A stretch of DNA of 64,000 nt from Candidatus Methylopumilus sp. (GCA_024640945.1 JAHEEA010000011.1:10576-74575), one strand, 5' to 3'. Shown: positions 20,630-30,496, numbered from the stretch's first letter. Program-made: numbers and translations. The notes: a model not told the origin generated them from the sequence alone.

Positions 20630-21322
20630 ATGATGACGGATTTACCAGTAAATGCAGCAGCAGATATGTCTTTAATGACTTTGCTTACAGGGGCAAGTTT
20701 ACCTGTGCAATTAGTGATGGCGATTTTGTTGTTGGTCTCTTTGGTTTCATGGTGGTACATATTCATTAAAGTCATGACGATTAGTCGTGCAGAGAAAGAA
20801 GCTGAAGATTTTGAAAATACTTTTTGGATGGGCGGTGATTTAAATAAGCTCTACGAAGGCATTACTTCTGGGCGAAATAAGCCACATGGTATGTCGAGTA
20901 TTTTTGAAGCTGGATTCAAAGAATTTGCGCGTTTGAAACGTCAACAAGGTTTAGAAGTGAGCGATGTGATGGAAGGTTCCCGTCGTGCTATGCGAGCTAC
21001 ATTCAACCGAGAAATGGATGATCTTGATTCACACTTGCCTTATTTAGCGTCAGTCGGTTCTGTGAGTCCTTATATCGGTTTATTTGGCACAGTGTGGGGC
21101 ATTATGAATGCCTTCCGTGGCTTGGCGAATATGGCGCAAGCAACATTGGCCCACGTGGCTCCGGGGATTGCCGAAGCCTTGATTGCGACGGCGATTGGTT
21201 TGTTTGCTGCCATTCCTGCCGTGATTGCTTATAACCGTTTTTCATCTTCAGTAGATCGTTTGGCTGTTCGTTACGAAAGCTTTATTGAAGAATTTACTAA
21301 TATTCTGCAACGTAAGAGTTAA
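20630..21322 (+). CDS. tolQ: Tol-Pal system protein TolQ
   Basis: MotA/TolQ/ExbB family with three TM helices and a conserved GLFGTVWGI...ALIATAIGL region. Confidence 0.93.
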   Translation: MMTDLPVNAAADMSLMTLLTGASLPVQLVMAILLLVSLVSWWYIFIKVMTISRAEKEAEDFENTFWMGGDLNKLYEGITSGRNKPHGMSSIFEAGFKEFARLKRQQGLEVSDVMEGSRRAMRATFNREMDDLDSHLPYLASVGSVSPYIGLFGTVWGIMNAFRGLANMAQATLAHVAPGIAEALIATAIGLFAAIPAVIAYNRFSSSVDRLAVRYESFIEEFTNILQRKS

Positions 21323-21324
21323 GC

Positions 21325-21720
21325 ATGGCGAGACTTCGTAAACGTCGTGTGATGAACCAAATTAACGTCGTGCCTTATATCGACGTGACCTTGGTGTTGC
21401 TTGTTATTTTTATGGTCACAGCTCCGATGACAAATCCGGGTGTGGTTGAATTGCCTAAGGTCGGTGGTGAGATTCTTAAGCAACAAACTACACCTATCGT
21501 CATTACTGTGGTGGCCAATGGGAAAATTGAATTTCAAGAAAAGCAGTTATCAAGTGACCAATTGCTTTTTGAAATTAAAAAACAGGTTGAAAAAGAACCC
21601 GAGCGTGCCTTTGTGATTAGTGCGGATAAAAAAGTGAATTATGAAAAAGTAATTCAAGTGCTTGAACTCTTGAAGAAGTCAGGAGCCAAAGCAGGGCTTT
21701 TATTAAACCCTGTGAGTTAA
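21325..21720 (+). CDS. tolR: Tol-Pal system protein TolR
   Basis: ExbD/TolR family; INVVPYIDVTLVLLVIFMVTAP with the conserved Asp in the TM helix. Confidence 0.9.
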   Translation: MARLRKRRVMNQINVVPYIDVTLVLLVIFMVTAPMTNPGVVELPKVGGEILKQQTTPIVITVVANGKIEFQEKQLSSDQLLFEIKKQVEKEPERAFVISADKKVNYEKVIQVLELLKKSGAKAGLLLNPVS

Positions 21721-21733
21721 CGGGCGATTTTGC

Positions 21734-22567
21734 ATGATTAGGCAGCATGAAAAAACAATGGCATGGCAAGCAGGTGCTTTTACCTTCTTGGTGCATGGTG
21801 TTTTGCTCGCTTTGCTTTTATTTTCTGTTCATTGGAAATCGGTGCAGCCTATGAATATTGCTGAAGTTGAGCTTTGGGATACATTGCCTACCCCTAAAGT
21901 TTCAGTCCAGCCTCCGCCGCCAGTCATTGAACCTGAGCCGGTTAAGCCTGTGGAAGCGGTTAAGCCAGAACCGAAACCTGCGCCCCCGCCAACGCCTGAA
22001 CCTAAGGCTGAGATTCAAATTAAAAAAGAGGCTGTTAAACCACCGCCAAAAGTTGAAAAGCCTAAAGAGCCAGCAAAGCCTGAAAAGGTGAAAGAAGAAG
22101 TCAAGCCTAAGGAGGTTCCTAAAAAAGAAACCAAGGTTGATCTGGATACACTTAAGAAACTTCAGCAAGAAATGTTGGCTGAAGACGCGAAAATGGATAA
22201 GCAGGAGCCAAGTAAGTCAGCAGGACCTGCACAAGTTAAGCCAGCTGCGGTGGCGCAAGTCGGCGGGGCTAACCAAAATGAAGTTTCAAAATATGTGGGT
22301 TTAATCACGAATAAGATTAAGCAACATGTGAATAAGCAAGTTTGCGGGTCTGGCAAGCCAGAGTTGATTTTTAATATTTCATTGATGCCGACAGGCGAGG
22401 TGATTGGTCATCCTAAACTGCTAAAAAGTAGCGGTATGATGGCTTGTGATGATGCGGTTGAGCGGGCTATTTTGGAATCTCAGCCGCTACCTGTTCCTAC
22501 GCAAGCAGACGTGTTTAGTCAGTTTCGTGAGCTAAAACTTAAATTCCGTCCTAATGAAGATGGATAA
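21734..22567 (+). CDS. tolA: Tol-Pal system protein TolA
   Basis: N-terminal TM anchor, long Pro/Lys/Glu-rich spacer, globular C-terminal domain. Lies between tolR and tolB. Confidence 0.85.
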   Translation: MIRQHEKTMAWQAGAFTFLVHGVLLALLLFSVHWKSVQPMNIAEVELWDTLPTPKVSVQPPPPVIEPEPVKPVEAVKPEPKPAPPPTPEPKAEIQIKKEAVKPPPKVEKPKEPAKPEKVKEEVKPKEVPKKETKVDLDTLKKLQQEMLAEDAKMDKQEPSKSAGPAQVKPAAVAQVGGANQNEVSKYVGLITNKIKQHVNKQVCGSGKPELIFNISLMPTGEVIGHPKLLKSSGMMACDDAVERAILESQPLPVPTQADVFSQFRELKLKFRPNEDG

Positions 22568-22625
22568 TTTTGTTAAAATTAAAACTAATGACATTAATCA
22601 TTCTGATAAAGGTTAATCAATAGAG

Positions 22626-23906
22626 ATGATGAAACACCGTTTTTTTATATTGCTATTGATCGCGCTATTTTCTTTAAGCGCCCGAGCTGAGCTTACCATT
22701 GAGATTATGGGCGGGGCGGCCAATCAAATCCCAATTGCAGTAGTGCCGTTTGACGCATCACCTGCTGCAGCTGCGCAACAAAGCAGTATCTCCAATATTA
22801 TTAATGCCGATTTAAAACGTAGTGGTTTGTTTAGAACATTGGAAACTCGCGGTGTTGCAAATCAGCCACATCAAGTTGCCGATGTTAAATATTCTGATTG
22901 GCTAGGAATTCAAGCGCAGGCTTTAACGATAGGTACAGTTGAGCCGCTTCCTGGAAATCGGATGAAAGTGGCATTTCGTTTGCTGGATGTGCTTAAGCAG
23001 AACCAGTTATTAGCGATGGAATTTACCATCACACAATCTCAACAGCGTATGACTGCGCATAAAATTGCAGACATGATTTATGAAAAGCTGACGGGCGAGA
23101 AAGGGGTGTTTGCTACACGTATTTCTTACGTTAATAAGGCAAATGGGCGTTATTCATTAGAGGTCGCCGACGCTGATGGATTTAATCCCCAAACAGTTGT
23201 TTCATCAAAAGAGCCTTTAATTTCTCCATCTTGGTCGCCAGACGGGACAAAGATTGCTTATGTTTCTTTTGAAAAGAAAAAGCCAGTGATTTATGTGCAG
23301 TCACTTGTTTCTGGTCAGCGATATGTATTAGCAAATTTTAAAGGTAATAATAGTGCGCCGGCTTGGTCCCCCGATGGTAGCAAGTTAGCTATTGTCCTTA
23401 CTTACAGCGCTAACTCGCAGGTATATATTATTAATGCTGATGGTTCTGGTCTGAAGCAGCTTACTTATAGTAGCGGTATTGATACTGAGCCTGATTGGTC
23501 GCCAGACGGTGCATTTGTTTATTTCACTTCTAACCGAGGCGGTGGCCCGCAAATTTATCGTATTCCATCAAGTGGGGGTGATGCTAAACGTGTCACCTTT
23601 GAAGGAGCGTATAATGTGAGCCCACATGTTTCGCCTGATGGCAAATTGCTTACTTATATTAAGCAAGACTCATCAGGATTTAGAGTGGCAATTCAAGATA
23701 TTGAGACTGGTCAAGTGCAAACGCGTAGTGAAACGACGCAAGACGAGTCTCCTAGTTTTGCACCCAATGGTCGCATGATTTTGTATGCGACGAATGTAGG
23801 TGGAAAAGGGACGTTGGCGGCTGTTTCTAGCGATGGTCGTGTCAAGCAGCGTTTAACTGATGCTGGTGGTGACGTCAGAGAGCCTTCTTGGGGCCCTGCT
23901 AACTAA
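22626..23906 (+). CDS. tolB: Tol-Pal system beta-propeller protein TolB
   Basis: Signal peptide followed by repeated WSPDG propeller blades. Confidence 0.95.
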   Translation: MMKHRFFILLLIALFSLSARAELTIEIMGGAANQIPIAVVPFDASPAAAAQQSSISNIINADLKRSGLFRTLETRGVANQPHQVADVKYSDWLGIQAQALTIGTVEPLPGNRMKVAFRLLDVLKQNQLLAMEFTITQSQQRMTAHKIADMIYEKLTGEKGVFATRISYVNKANGRYSLEVADADGFNPQTVVSSKEPLISPSWSPDGTKIAYVSFEKKKPVIYVQSLVSGQRYVLANFKGNNSAPAWSPDGSKLAIVLTYSANSQVYIINADGSGLKQLTYSSGIDTEPDWSPDGAFVYFTSNRGGGPQIYRIPSSGGDAKRVTFEGAYNVSPHVSPDGKLLTYIKQDSSGFRVAIQDIETGQVQTRSETTQDESPSFAPNGRMILYATNVGGKGTLAAVSSDGRVKQRLTDAGGDVREPSWGPAN

Positions 23907-23952
23907 GAGTTGTGTAAGTTTTTGTATGTTGTTTTTTTAAGGAGAGCGAAAG

Positions 23953-24474
23953 ATGAATAAAAGTTTATTAATGAGTGTGTTACTTGCTGGTGTGTTAGCA
24001 GCATGTTCAAACAATGCAGTAAAAAACAAACCTGCTGCACCAGTAGCACAAACTGCAGCTGAAGCTGAAGCGGCTCGATTGGCTGCAGAAAAAGCTGCTG
24101 CTGAGGCTGATTTGGCATCATTGAAAGATCCAAGCAATATCTTGTCAAAACGTAGTGTTTACTTTGATTTTGATAAAGATGAAGTCAAACCTGAATACCG
24201 TGCTTTAGTTGATGCGCATGCTAAGTTCTTATTGGCACACCCAAAATCTAAAGTTGCTGTTCAAGGCAACGCAGATAATCGTGGTTCACGTGAATACAAC
24301 CTTTCATTGGGTCAACGTCGTTCAGTGGCTGTGAAAAAAGTGATGAATTTGGCTGGTGTACAAGAAGCTCAAATTGAAACAGTAAGCTACGGCGAAGAAA
24401 AAGCGAATGCTTGTAAAGATGAAGCTTGTTTCCAACAAGATCGTCGTGCTGATATCGTTTACGATCACGAGTAA
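23953..24474 (+). CDS. pal: Peptidoglycan-associated lipoprotein Pal
   Basis: Lipobox LAAC and an OmpA-like domain (NADNRGSREYNLSLGQRRS). Confidence 0.93.
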   Translation: MNKSLLMSVLLAGVLAACSNNAVKNKPAAPVAQTAAEAEAARLAAEKAAAEADLASLKDPSNILSKRSVYFDFDKDEVKPEYRALVDAHAKFLLAHPKSKVAVQGNADNRGSREYNLSLGQRRSVAVKKVMNLAGVQEAQIETVSYGEEKANACKDEACFQQDRRADIVYDHE

Positions 24475-24479
24475 TCAAT

Positions 24480-25304
24480 ATGCGCAAACTGATTCTTTTG
24501 GGTGTTTGTTTTTTAGGCTTCTCGCAATTTGCTCAAGCAGCACTGTTTGACGATAAAGAGGCGCGTCAGCAAATTATCGATTTGCAACAAAAAACAGACG
24601 CTCAGAATCAGTCTGCGTTATCAGCAATTTCCGCATTAGAGAAACGCATTTCTGCACTAGAGAATACGATTAAAAGCCAAGGTTTAATGGATTTATTAAG
24701 CCAGGTGGAGTTATTAAATAAAGAATTACGGAATCTCAAAGGTGATTTAGAAGTTGCGCAACATCAGATTGATGTGACGCAGCAGCGTCAAAAAGATTTA
24801 TATAAAGATACCGACGGACGTTTACACAAATTAGAAATGGCTCCGCCACCAGTTGCACAACCTGTCGCAGCCACTGAAGCTGCAGCGCCAGTTGCAAGTG
24901 CTGCTCCAGTAGAGGACTCTGCTGAAAATAAGGCGCTTGAAGCAGCCCAGCTTTTATTGAAAGAATCTAAGTTCAAGCCAGCATTTGAGGCATTTGAGAA
25001 ATTTCTACAAACTTATCCTAATAGCAAACAAGCGTCTGATGCTTTTTATGGGCTCGGTTCGGCGCAGTTTTCACTTAAATATTACAAAGCTGCTTTAGCA
25101 ACACAACAAAAGTTGGTGATGCAATTCCCCGAAAGTCCTAAGTTAGCGGATGCTAAATTTAGTATCGCAAACTGCCAAATTCAATTGGCTGATATTGATA
25201 GTGCGAAAAAAACCTTACGTGATTTGATTGCGCAATATCCTGACCATGCTTTAATTCCTAATGCTAAGCGCCGTTTGGCTGTGCTTGATAGCATTAAGAA
25301 GTAG
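24480..25304 (+). CDS. cpoB: Cell division coordinator CpoB (YbgF)
   Basis: Signal peptide, coiled-coil N-domain, C-terminal TPR-like domain. Follows pal. Confidence 0.88.
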   Translation: MRKLILLGVCFLGFSQFAQAALFDDKEARQQIIDLQQKTDAQNQSALSAISALEKRISALENTIKSQGLMDLLSQVELLNKELRNLKGDLEVAQHQIDVTQQRQKDLYKDTDGRLHKLEMAPPPVAQPVAATEAAAPVASAAPVEDSAENKALEAAQLLLKESKFKPAFEAFEKFLQTYPNSKQASDAFYGLGSAQFSLKYYKAALATQQKLVMQFPESPKLADAKFSIANCQIQLADIDSAKKTLRDLIAQYPDHALIPNAKRRLAVLDSIKK

Positions 25305-25322
25305 CAGTCTGCAGTAAAAATA

Positions 25323-25961
25323 ATGTCTTTACGTATTCACGAAATATTTTATTCATTGCAAGGCGAATCATCGCGTGTTGGCTTGCCGACGGTATTTGTT
25401 CGTTTGACTGGCTGCCCTTTACGTTGTGGTTATTGCGATACTGAATACGCGTTTCATGGTGGCAGTACCCAAAGTTTTCAAGATATTTTGTCGCAAGTAG
25501 ACGCTTATCAAGCTAAGTTTGTTTGTGTTACGGGTGGTGAGCCCCTTGCGCAAAAAGGTTGTTTGCAGTTGCTTACGATGTTATGTGATGCGGGCTACGG
25601 TGTTTCTATTGAAACGAGTGGCGCAATGGATATTAGCCCAGTTGATACTCGTGTATCAGTGATTATGGATATTAAGACTCCAGGCTCAGGTGAAGTGACT
25701 AAAAATCTTTGGTCAAATATTGGGCATTTAAAAGCGCAAGATGAGGTTAAATTTGTATTGGTAGATCAAGCGGATTATGTCTGGTCTAAACAAATTCTGA
25801 GTGAATATAAAATTTCAGAAAAATGTCCTGTTTTATTCTCACCTGGCTATCACACATTAAAAGCAGATGATTTGGCGGCTTTGATATTGGGCGATCATTT
25901 ACATGTGCGTATGCAGGTTCAGTTACATAAAATTCTTTGGGGCGAAAAGGCTGGGGTTTAA
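25323..25961 (+). CDS. queE: 7-carboxy-7-deazaguanine synthase (radical SAM)
   Basis: GCPLRCGYCDT cluster motif; 212 aa; followed by queC. Confidence 0.9.
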   Translation: MSLRIHEIFYSLQGESSRVGLPTVFVRLTGCPLRCGYCDTEYAFHGGSTQSFQDILSQVDAYQAKFVCVTGGEPLAQKGCLQLLTMLCDAGYGVSIETSGAMDISPVDTRVSVIMDIKTPGSGEVTKNLWSNIGHLKAQDEVKFVLVDQADYVWSKQILSEYKISEKCPVLFSPGYHTLKADDLAALILGDHLHVRMQVQLHKILWGEKAGV

Positions 25962-25964
25962 GGC

Positions 25965-26642
25965 ATGAAGAAAGCCGTTGTTTTACTTTCTGGAGGGTTG
26001 GACTCTGCAACCGTGTTGGCAATCGCTAAAAGCCAAGGGTATGAATGTTATTGTTTGAGTCTTGATTATCATCAGCGACACGTTGCTGAATTAAAAGCGG
26101 CTGAACGGGTTGCTAGCTCACTTGGAGCGGCGGCACATCGTACTGCGCAATTAGATTTATCTATGTTTGGTGGATCGGCACTTACCGACAATAATATTGA
26201 TGTGCCAGAAGCGCCTACAGACGGCATCCCCGTTACCTATGTCCCTGCACGTAATACGATTATGTTGTCATTGGCTTTGGCTTGGGCAGAAACCTTGGGG
26301 GCACAGGATATTTTTATTGGCGTGAATGCATTGGATTATTCAGGCTATCCTGATTGTCGTCAGGAATATGTGTCTGCCTTTCAGCGTATGGCGAATTTAG
26401 CCACCAAAAGTGCGGTTGAAGGTAAAACGATTACTGTGCATGCGCCACTGATCGATATGACGAAGGCTGAAATTATTAAGTGCGGGCATGCTTTGAATTT
26501 TGACTATGGGATGACAGTTTCTTGTTATCAGGCTGACAGTGAGGGTCGCGCTTGTGGCTTATGTGATTCTTGTCGGTTCCGTAAAGAAGGCTTTGTTAAT
26601 GCTGGTTTGCAAGATCCAACGCACTATCAATCTGGAGTATGA
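25965..26642 (+). CDS. queC: 7-cyano-7-deazaguanine synthase
   Basis: PP-loop LLSGGLDS and a C-terminal zinc Cys cluster [10 protein letters not shown]. Confidence 0.93.
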   Translation: MKKAVVLLSGGLDSATVLAIAKSQGYECYCLSLDYHQRHVAELKAAERVASSLGAAAHRTAQLDLSMFGGSALTDNNIDVPEAPTDGIPVTYVPARNTIMLSLALAWAETLGAQDIFIGVNALDYSGYPDCRQEYVSAFQRMANLATKSAVEGKTITVHAPLIDMTKAEIIKCGHALNFDYGMTVSCYQADSEGRACGLCDSCRFRKEGFVNAGLQDPTHYQSGV

Positions 26643-26685
26643 AAGCGCTTATTGATAGCATTTTTTTTGAATGCGCAGATTTACC

Positions 26686-26715
26686 TTGCCAAACTATTCG
26701 AAAATAACGTAAAAT
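26686..26715 (+). promoter_or_regulatory. Candidate sigma-70 promoter of the rpsP operon
   Basis: TTGCCA (26686-26691), 18-nt spacer, TAAAAT (26710-26715), about 40 nt upstream of rpsP. Confidence 0.4.
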
Positions 26716-26754
26716 CCGCCCCTTTCTGTAAAAACGATTAGAGAACAAAATATT

Positions 26755-27240
26755 ATGGTAATCATTCGACTAGCCCGCGGTGGCGCGAAGAAGACCCCTT
26801 TCTACAGCGTAGTAGTTGCAGATTCACGTAATCGTCGCGACGGCCGCTTTATTGAGCGTGTTGGCTTCTACAACCCTTTAGCTAAAGAAGGTCAAGAAGG
26901 TCTTCGCTTAGATACAGCACGTATCAGTCATTGGCAAAGCAATGGCGCGCAATTATCTGATTGCGTAGCTCGCTTGGTTAAAGACAATGCTAAAGGCCCA
27001 GAATTCATGGCTGCTAAGAAAGCGAAAGACGCTGCTAAAGTTGCAAATGCTAAAGCTGCTGCTGAAGCAAAACTTGCAGCTGCTGCTAAAGAAGCTGCTG
27101 CCGCTAAACAAGCTGAAGAAGCTGCTGCTGCAAAAGAGGCTGCTGAAGCCGCTGCAGCTGCGCCAGCTGAAGAAGAAGCTGCACCAGTTGAAGAAGTTGC
27201 TGCTGAAGAAGCGGCTCCTGAGGCAACTGACGCTGAGTAA
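26755..27240 (+). CDS. rpsP: 30S ribosomal protein S16 with a long Ala/Lys/Glu-rich C-terminal extension
   Basis: Canonical S16 core [41 protein letters not shown]. At 161 aa it is about twice the usual S16 length. Confidence 0.9.
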   Translation: MVIIRLARGGAKKTPFYSVVVADSRNRRDGRFIERVGFYNPLAKEGQEGLRLDTARISHWQSNGAQLSDCVARLVKDNAKGPEFMAAKKAKDAAKVANAKAAAEAKLAAAAKEAAAAKQAEEAAAAKEAAEAAAAAPAEEEAAPVEEVAAEEAAPEATDAE

Positions 27241-27291
27241 TGCTTTGTGCTGGCACGGCCAGCACTTAGTTAACTTGTCGTAAGCTGATCT

Positions 27292-27834
27292 GTGAGCAAT
27301 ATGGTAGTCATGGGGCGCATAGTCGCCCCTTATGGCATTTTTGGATGGCTAAAAGTGCAAACGAGCACCGAGTCTATCGATAGCCTTTTTGACTACCCGG
27401 ATTGGTGGTTGGGACGTGAAGATAATTCAACCCAGCCTGGCATAAAAAACTCGCCTTGGCAGAAATACACCGTTGAAACAGCTAAAGTACATAACGATAC
27501 TTTGCTGGTGAAGTTAAAAGGTGTGAATGATAGGGATGCTGCGTTAGCTTTGAAGAGTAAGCATGTGGCTGTGCCGCGTGAAGAATTTCCAGAAGCGGAT
27601 GAAGGTGAGTACTACTGGTCGGATTTAATTGGATTAAATGTGACTAACCAACAAGGCGTTATTCTTGGACTGGTGAGTGATGTTTTTGAAACGGGTGCCA
27701 ATGACGTGATTGTCATTAAAGACCCGAAAGATAGTAAAGAGCGTTTACTTCCTTTTGTGGATCAAACGATTCTAGATGTAAACATTGCAGATAAAACAAT
27801 GTTGGTAGATTGGCCAATCGAGTGGGATGAGTAA
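27292..27834 (+). CDS. rimM: 16S rRNA processing protein RimM
   Basis: GRIVAPYGIFGWLKV motif and PRC barrel C-terminus. GTG 27292 or ATG 27301 as start. Confidence 0.9.
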   Translation: MSNMVVMGRIVAPYGIFGWLKVQTSTESIDSLFDYPDWWLGREDNSTQPGIKNSPWQKYTVETAKVHNDTLLVKLKGVNDRDAALALKSKHVAVPREEFPEADEGEYYWSDLIGLNVTNQQGVILGLVSDVFETGANDVIVIKDPKDSKERLLPFVDQTILDVNIADKTMLVDWPIEWDE

Positions 27835-28623
27835 GTGGCGCAGGCGATTCAGTTTGATGTAGTCACTTTGTTTCCACCGATGTTTGATGCGATTAGCCAA
27901 CATGGGATTACCGCGAGAGCGTTACAAAATAAGCTTTATGATTTGTCTTTATGGAATCCTCGAGATTACACCACAGACAATCACCGTACGGTAGACGATA
28001 GACCTTACGGCGGCGGCCCTGGCATGGTAATGCTGGCGGAGCCACTAGAGCAAGCAATACAAGCCGCTAAAGCAAGACAGGTGGCAACAGGCGTGATAAA
28101 GCCTAAGGTGATTCATATGTCGCCAAGTGGCAAGCCGCTGACACATGAAATTGTCATGGGTTTAATGGCTGAGCAAGGCTTAGTGATATTAGCAAGTCGA
28201 TATGAAGGTGTAGATCAGCGATTGTTAGATCGTATGGTCGATGCAGAATACTCGATAGGTGATTATGTGTTGTCTGGGGGTGAGTTGCCCGCCATGGTGT
28301 TGATGGATGCAATTGTAAGGCAATTGCCAGGCGCATTAGGTGATGCGGATTCTGCGATAGAAGATTCATTCGTAGATGGCTTGCTAGATTGTCCGCATTA
28401 CACGCGGCCAGAAGAATATTTAGGTGTGAAGGTGCCGGAAGTCTTGAGTTCTGGCAATCACGCGAAGATTAAGCAGTGGCGTTTAAAAATGTCATTGAAA
28501 AGAACTCGGGATCAACGTCCCGATTTATTGGCCGTAAGGTCGTTGTCAAAAGAGGAATCTCGGCTGCTAGAAGAGCTTGATTTTGAGCTTAAAAACAAGC
28601 AGGAACAAGATTCGCATAACTAG
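27835..28623 (+). CDS. trmD: tRNA (guanine37-N1)-methyltransferase
   Basis: [11 protein letters not shown] and RYEGVDQR...[13 protein letters not shown] trefoil-knot motifs. Confidence 0.95.
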   Translation: MAQAIQFDVVTLFPPMFDAISQHGITARALQNKLYDLSLWNPRDYTTDNHRTVDDRPYGGGPGMVMLAEPLEQAIQAAKARQVATGVIKPKVIHMSPSGKPLTHEIVMGLMAEQGLVILASRYEGVDQRLLDRMVDAEYSIGDYVLSGGELPAMVLMDAIVRQLPGALGDADSAIEDSFVDGLLDCPHYTRPEEYLGVKVPEVLSSGNHAKIKQWRLKMSLKRTRDQRPDLLAVRSLSKEESRLLEELDFELKNKQEQDSHN

Positions 28624-28636
28624 AAGGAGCACGAAA

Positions 28637-29029
28637 GTGGCAAATATTATTGAAATGTTAGAGAAGGAAGAGATTGCGCGTTTAGGCAAAACAATTCCTA
28701 GCTTTGCACCAGGCGACACAGTAGTTGTTGGTGTTAACGTTGTTGAAGGTACACGTAAACGTGTGCAGGCTTACGAAGGTGTTGTGATTGCAATTCGCAA
28801 CCGTGGCCTAAATTCTTCATTCATCGTACGTAAAATTTCATCAGGTGAAGGTGTGGAACGTACATTCCAAACTTACTCACCATTGATTGCAAGCATTGAA
28901 GTTAAACGCCGTGGTGATGTTCGCCGTAGCAAACTTTACTACTTGCGTGAGCGTTCAGGTAAATCTGCACGTATTAAAGAGAAATTACAAGCACGTGACC
29001 GTGAGGTTATGGCACCAGCAGCAGAGTAA
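28637..29029 (+). CDS. rplS: 50S ribosomal protein L19
   Basis: GTG start with AAGGAG RBS (28624-28629). (M)[11 protein letters not shown]...FAPGDTV...[13 protein letters not shown] matches L19. The longer ORF from 28577 overlaps trmD and was rejected. Confidence 0.95.
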   Translation: MANIIEMLEKEEIARLGKTIPSFAPGDTVVVGVNVVEGTRKRVQAYEGVVIAIRNRGLNSSFIVRKISSGEGVERTFQTYSPLIASIEVKRRGDVRRSKLYYLRERSGKSARIKEKLQARDREVMAPAAE

Positions 29030-29047
29030 AAATTGCTGTGAAATATT

Positions 29048-29079
29048 AAAAGCCCTAGATTTCGGTCTAGGGCTTTTTT
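29048..29079 (+). terminator. Rho-independent terminator of the rpsP operon
   Basis: Stem agccctaga / tctagggct, 6-nt loop, T5 tail. Confidence 0.85.
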
Positions 29080-29118
29080 ATTGTCTGCTGTATATAAAAT
29101 TAGGCTAATATAAAACAC

Positions 29119-29595
29119 ATGGTTAAGCCAAGTTCTCAGCACGATAATGTCGTGATCAATGTCCCATTTGGTGCAGTTGGTATTCATGTTAAAACTAACT
29201 ATGTTGTTGGTATCGAGTTGTTTCCAAGTCAACAAGAGGCACGTGAAGCGACTAGCCAATTTGGACAATACCTAGCGCATCAGATGCATCAGTATTTTCA
29301 GCAAGCGAATTCAAAGTTGGATATTCCTCATGCGTTAGCAGGAACGCCATTCCAGAAGCGTGTTTGGAGTGCCATATCAGATATTCCCGCGGGAAAAGTG
29401 CTGACTTATTCTGAGTTGGCTCAGCGAATTGGCTCTGGGCCTCGAGCCGTAGCGAATGCTTGCGGTGCAAATAAAATTCCTTTGTTAATCCCTTGTCATC
29501 GTGTTGTTGCTAAAAATGGCTTGGGTGGATTCATGCAGGGTGTTGAGGGTGGTCTAAAAATTAAAGAATGGCTGTTGGCACATGAATCAAAATAA
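29119..29595 (+). CDS. ogt: Methylated-DNA--protein-cysteine methyltransferase
   Basis: Active site LIPCHRVV, DNA-binding helix region TYSELAQRIG. Confidence 0.8.
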   Translation: MVKPSSQHDNVVINVPFGAVGIHVKTNYVVGIELFPSQQEAREATSQFGQYLAHQMHQYFQQANSKLDIPHALAGTPFQKRVWSAISDIPAGKVLTYSELAQRIGSGPRAVANACGANKIPLLIPCHRVVAKNGLGGFMQGVEGGLKIKEWLLAHESK

Positions 29596-30496
29596 CCATG
29601 GCACCCAAAAAAATCAGGCCATCTTAGATGAGTTTATTGATCGGATTTGGCTTGAAGAAGGTCTTGCCCGCAACACCCTAGATAGTTATCGCCAAGATCT
29701 GAGTCAATTCGCCATATGGCTAGAAAAAGATGCCAGTAAAGATTTATTGCAAGCTGAACAGTTCGATATTCAGCGATACCTGGCATTTAAATTTCCTATT
29801 AGCAAACCAAGAAGCGTGAGCCGCTTAATTGCAAGTCTTAGAAGGCTTTATCGATTTTCTTTGCGCGAAAATAGAATTGCAATCGATCCTACATTGCAGA
29901 TTGAGTCGCCTAAATTGCCACGATCATTACCTAAAAGTTTAAGTGAAGATGATGTCGTTGCGCTATTGAACGCCCCAAATTTAAATGACCCTATTGGTCT
30001 GCGTGATCGAGCGATGCTAGAAATTCTGTATGCGAGCGGTTTACGTGTTTCTGAGTTGGTTGAGCTTAAAGTGACTGAAGTCAGTTTGAGTGAAGGCGTA
30101 GTTCGCGTGACTGGTAAAGGCAGTAAGACGCGGTTGGTGCCCATGGGTGAGGTGGCGGTAGACTGGATATCGCGTTATCTGAATGAGGCGCGGCTATCGA
30201 TTTTAGAGAAAAGATTAAGTGATAGTTTGTTTGTCACACAGCGCGGCGGCAGTATGACGCGTCAGGCTTTTTGGTATTTGATTAAACGTTACGCTTTGTT
30301 AGCGGGCATCCATAAACCAATGTCACCGCATGTATTGCGCCATGCATTTGCGACACATTTGTTAAATCATGGGGCAGATTTGCGCGTGGTACAGATGCTA
30401 TTAGGACATTCTGATATTTCAACCACTCAAATTTATACCCATGTTGCCCGTGAGCGTTTAAAACAGCTCCATACGGCACATCATCCAAGGGGTTAA
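29582..30496 (+). CDS. xerD: Site-specific tyrosine recombinase XerD
   Basis: Near-colinear with E. coli XerD: LDEFIDRIWLEEGLARNTL..., LRDRAMLEILYASGLRVSEL, HVLRHAFATHLLNHGADLRVVQMLLGHSDISTTQIYTHV. Confidence 0.92.
   Translation: MNQNNHGTQKNQAILDEFIDRIWLEEGLARNTLDSYRQDLSQFAIWLEKDASKDLLQAEQFDIQRYLAFKFPISKPRSVSRLIASLRRLYRFSLRENRIAIDPTLQIESPKLPRSLPKSLSEDDVVALLNAPNLNDPIGLRDRAMLEILYASGLRVSELVELKVTEVSLSEGVVRVTGKGSKTRLVPMGEVAVDWISRYLNEARLSILEKRLSDSLFVTQRGGSMTRQAFWYLIKRYALLAGIHKPMSPHVLRHAFATHLLNHGADLRVVQMLLGHSDISTTQIYTHVARERLKQLHTAHHPRG

Noticed and set aside
21900-22150. Short periodic DNA repeats in tolA (and similarly at 54640-54900 in tonB) as a possible tandem repeat or CRISPR-like array
   Set aside because: The repeats are in-frame coding for Pro/Lys/Glu spacers, are imperfect, and lack unique spacers. 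There are no cas genes in the window.
21858-22168. Overlapping 77-aa (+) and 88-aa (-) ORFs inside tolA, and the 98-aa ORF at 26987-27283 inside rpsP
   Set aside because: These are alternative-frame readings of quasi-repetitive Pro/Lys/Glu or Ala/Lys/Glu coding DNA. The Leu/Lys/Arg-rich products are typical frame artefacts.
28577-28636. N-terminal extension of the rplS ORF overlapping trmD
   Set aside because: GTG 28637 with an AAGGAG RBS reproduces the conserved L19 N-terminus; the extension has no homology.
29582-30496. Tyrosine recombinase as a marker of a mobile element or prophage
   Set aside because: The sequence is near-colinear with chromosomal XerD and sits among core genes. No att-like repeats or phage genes are adjacent.
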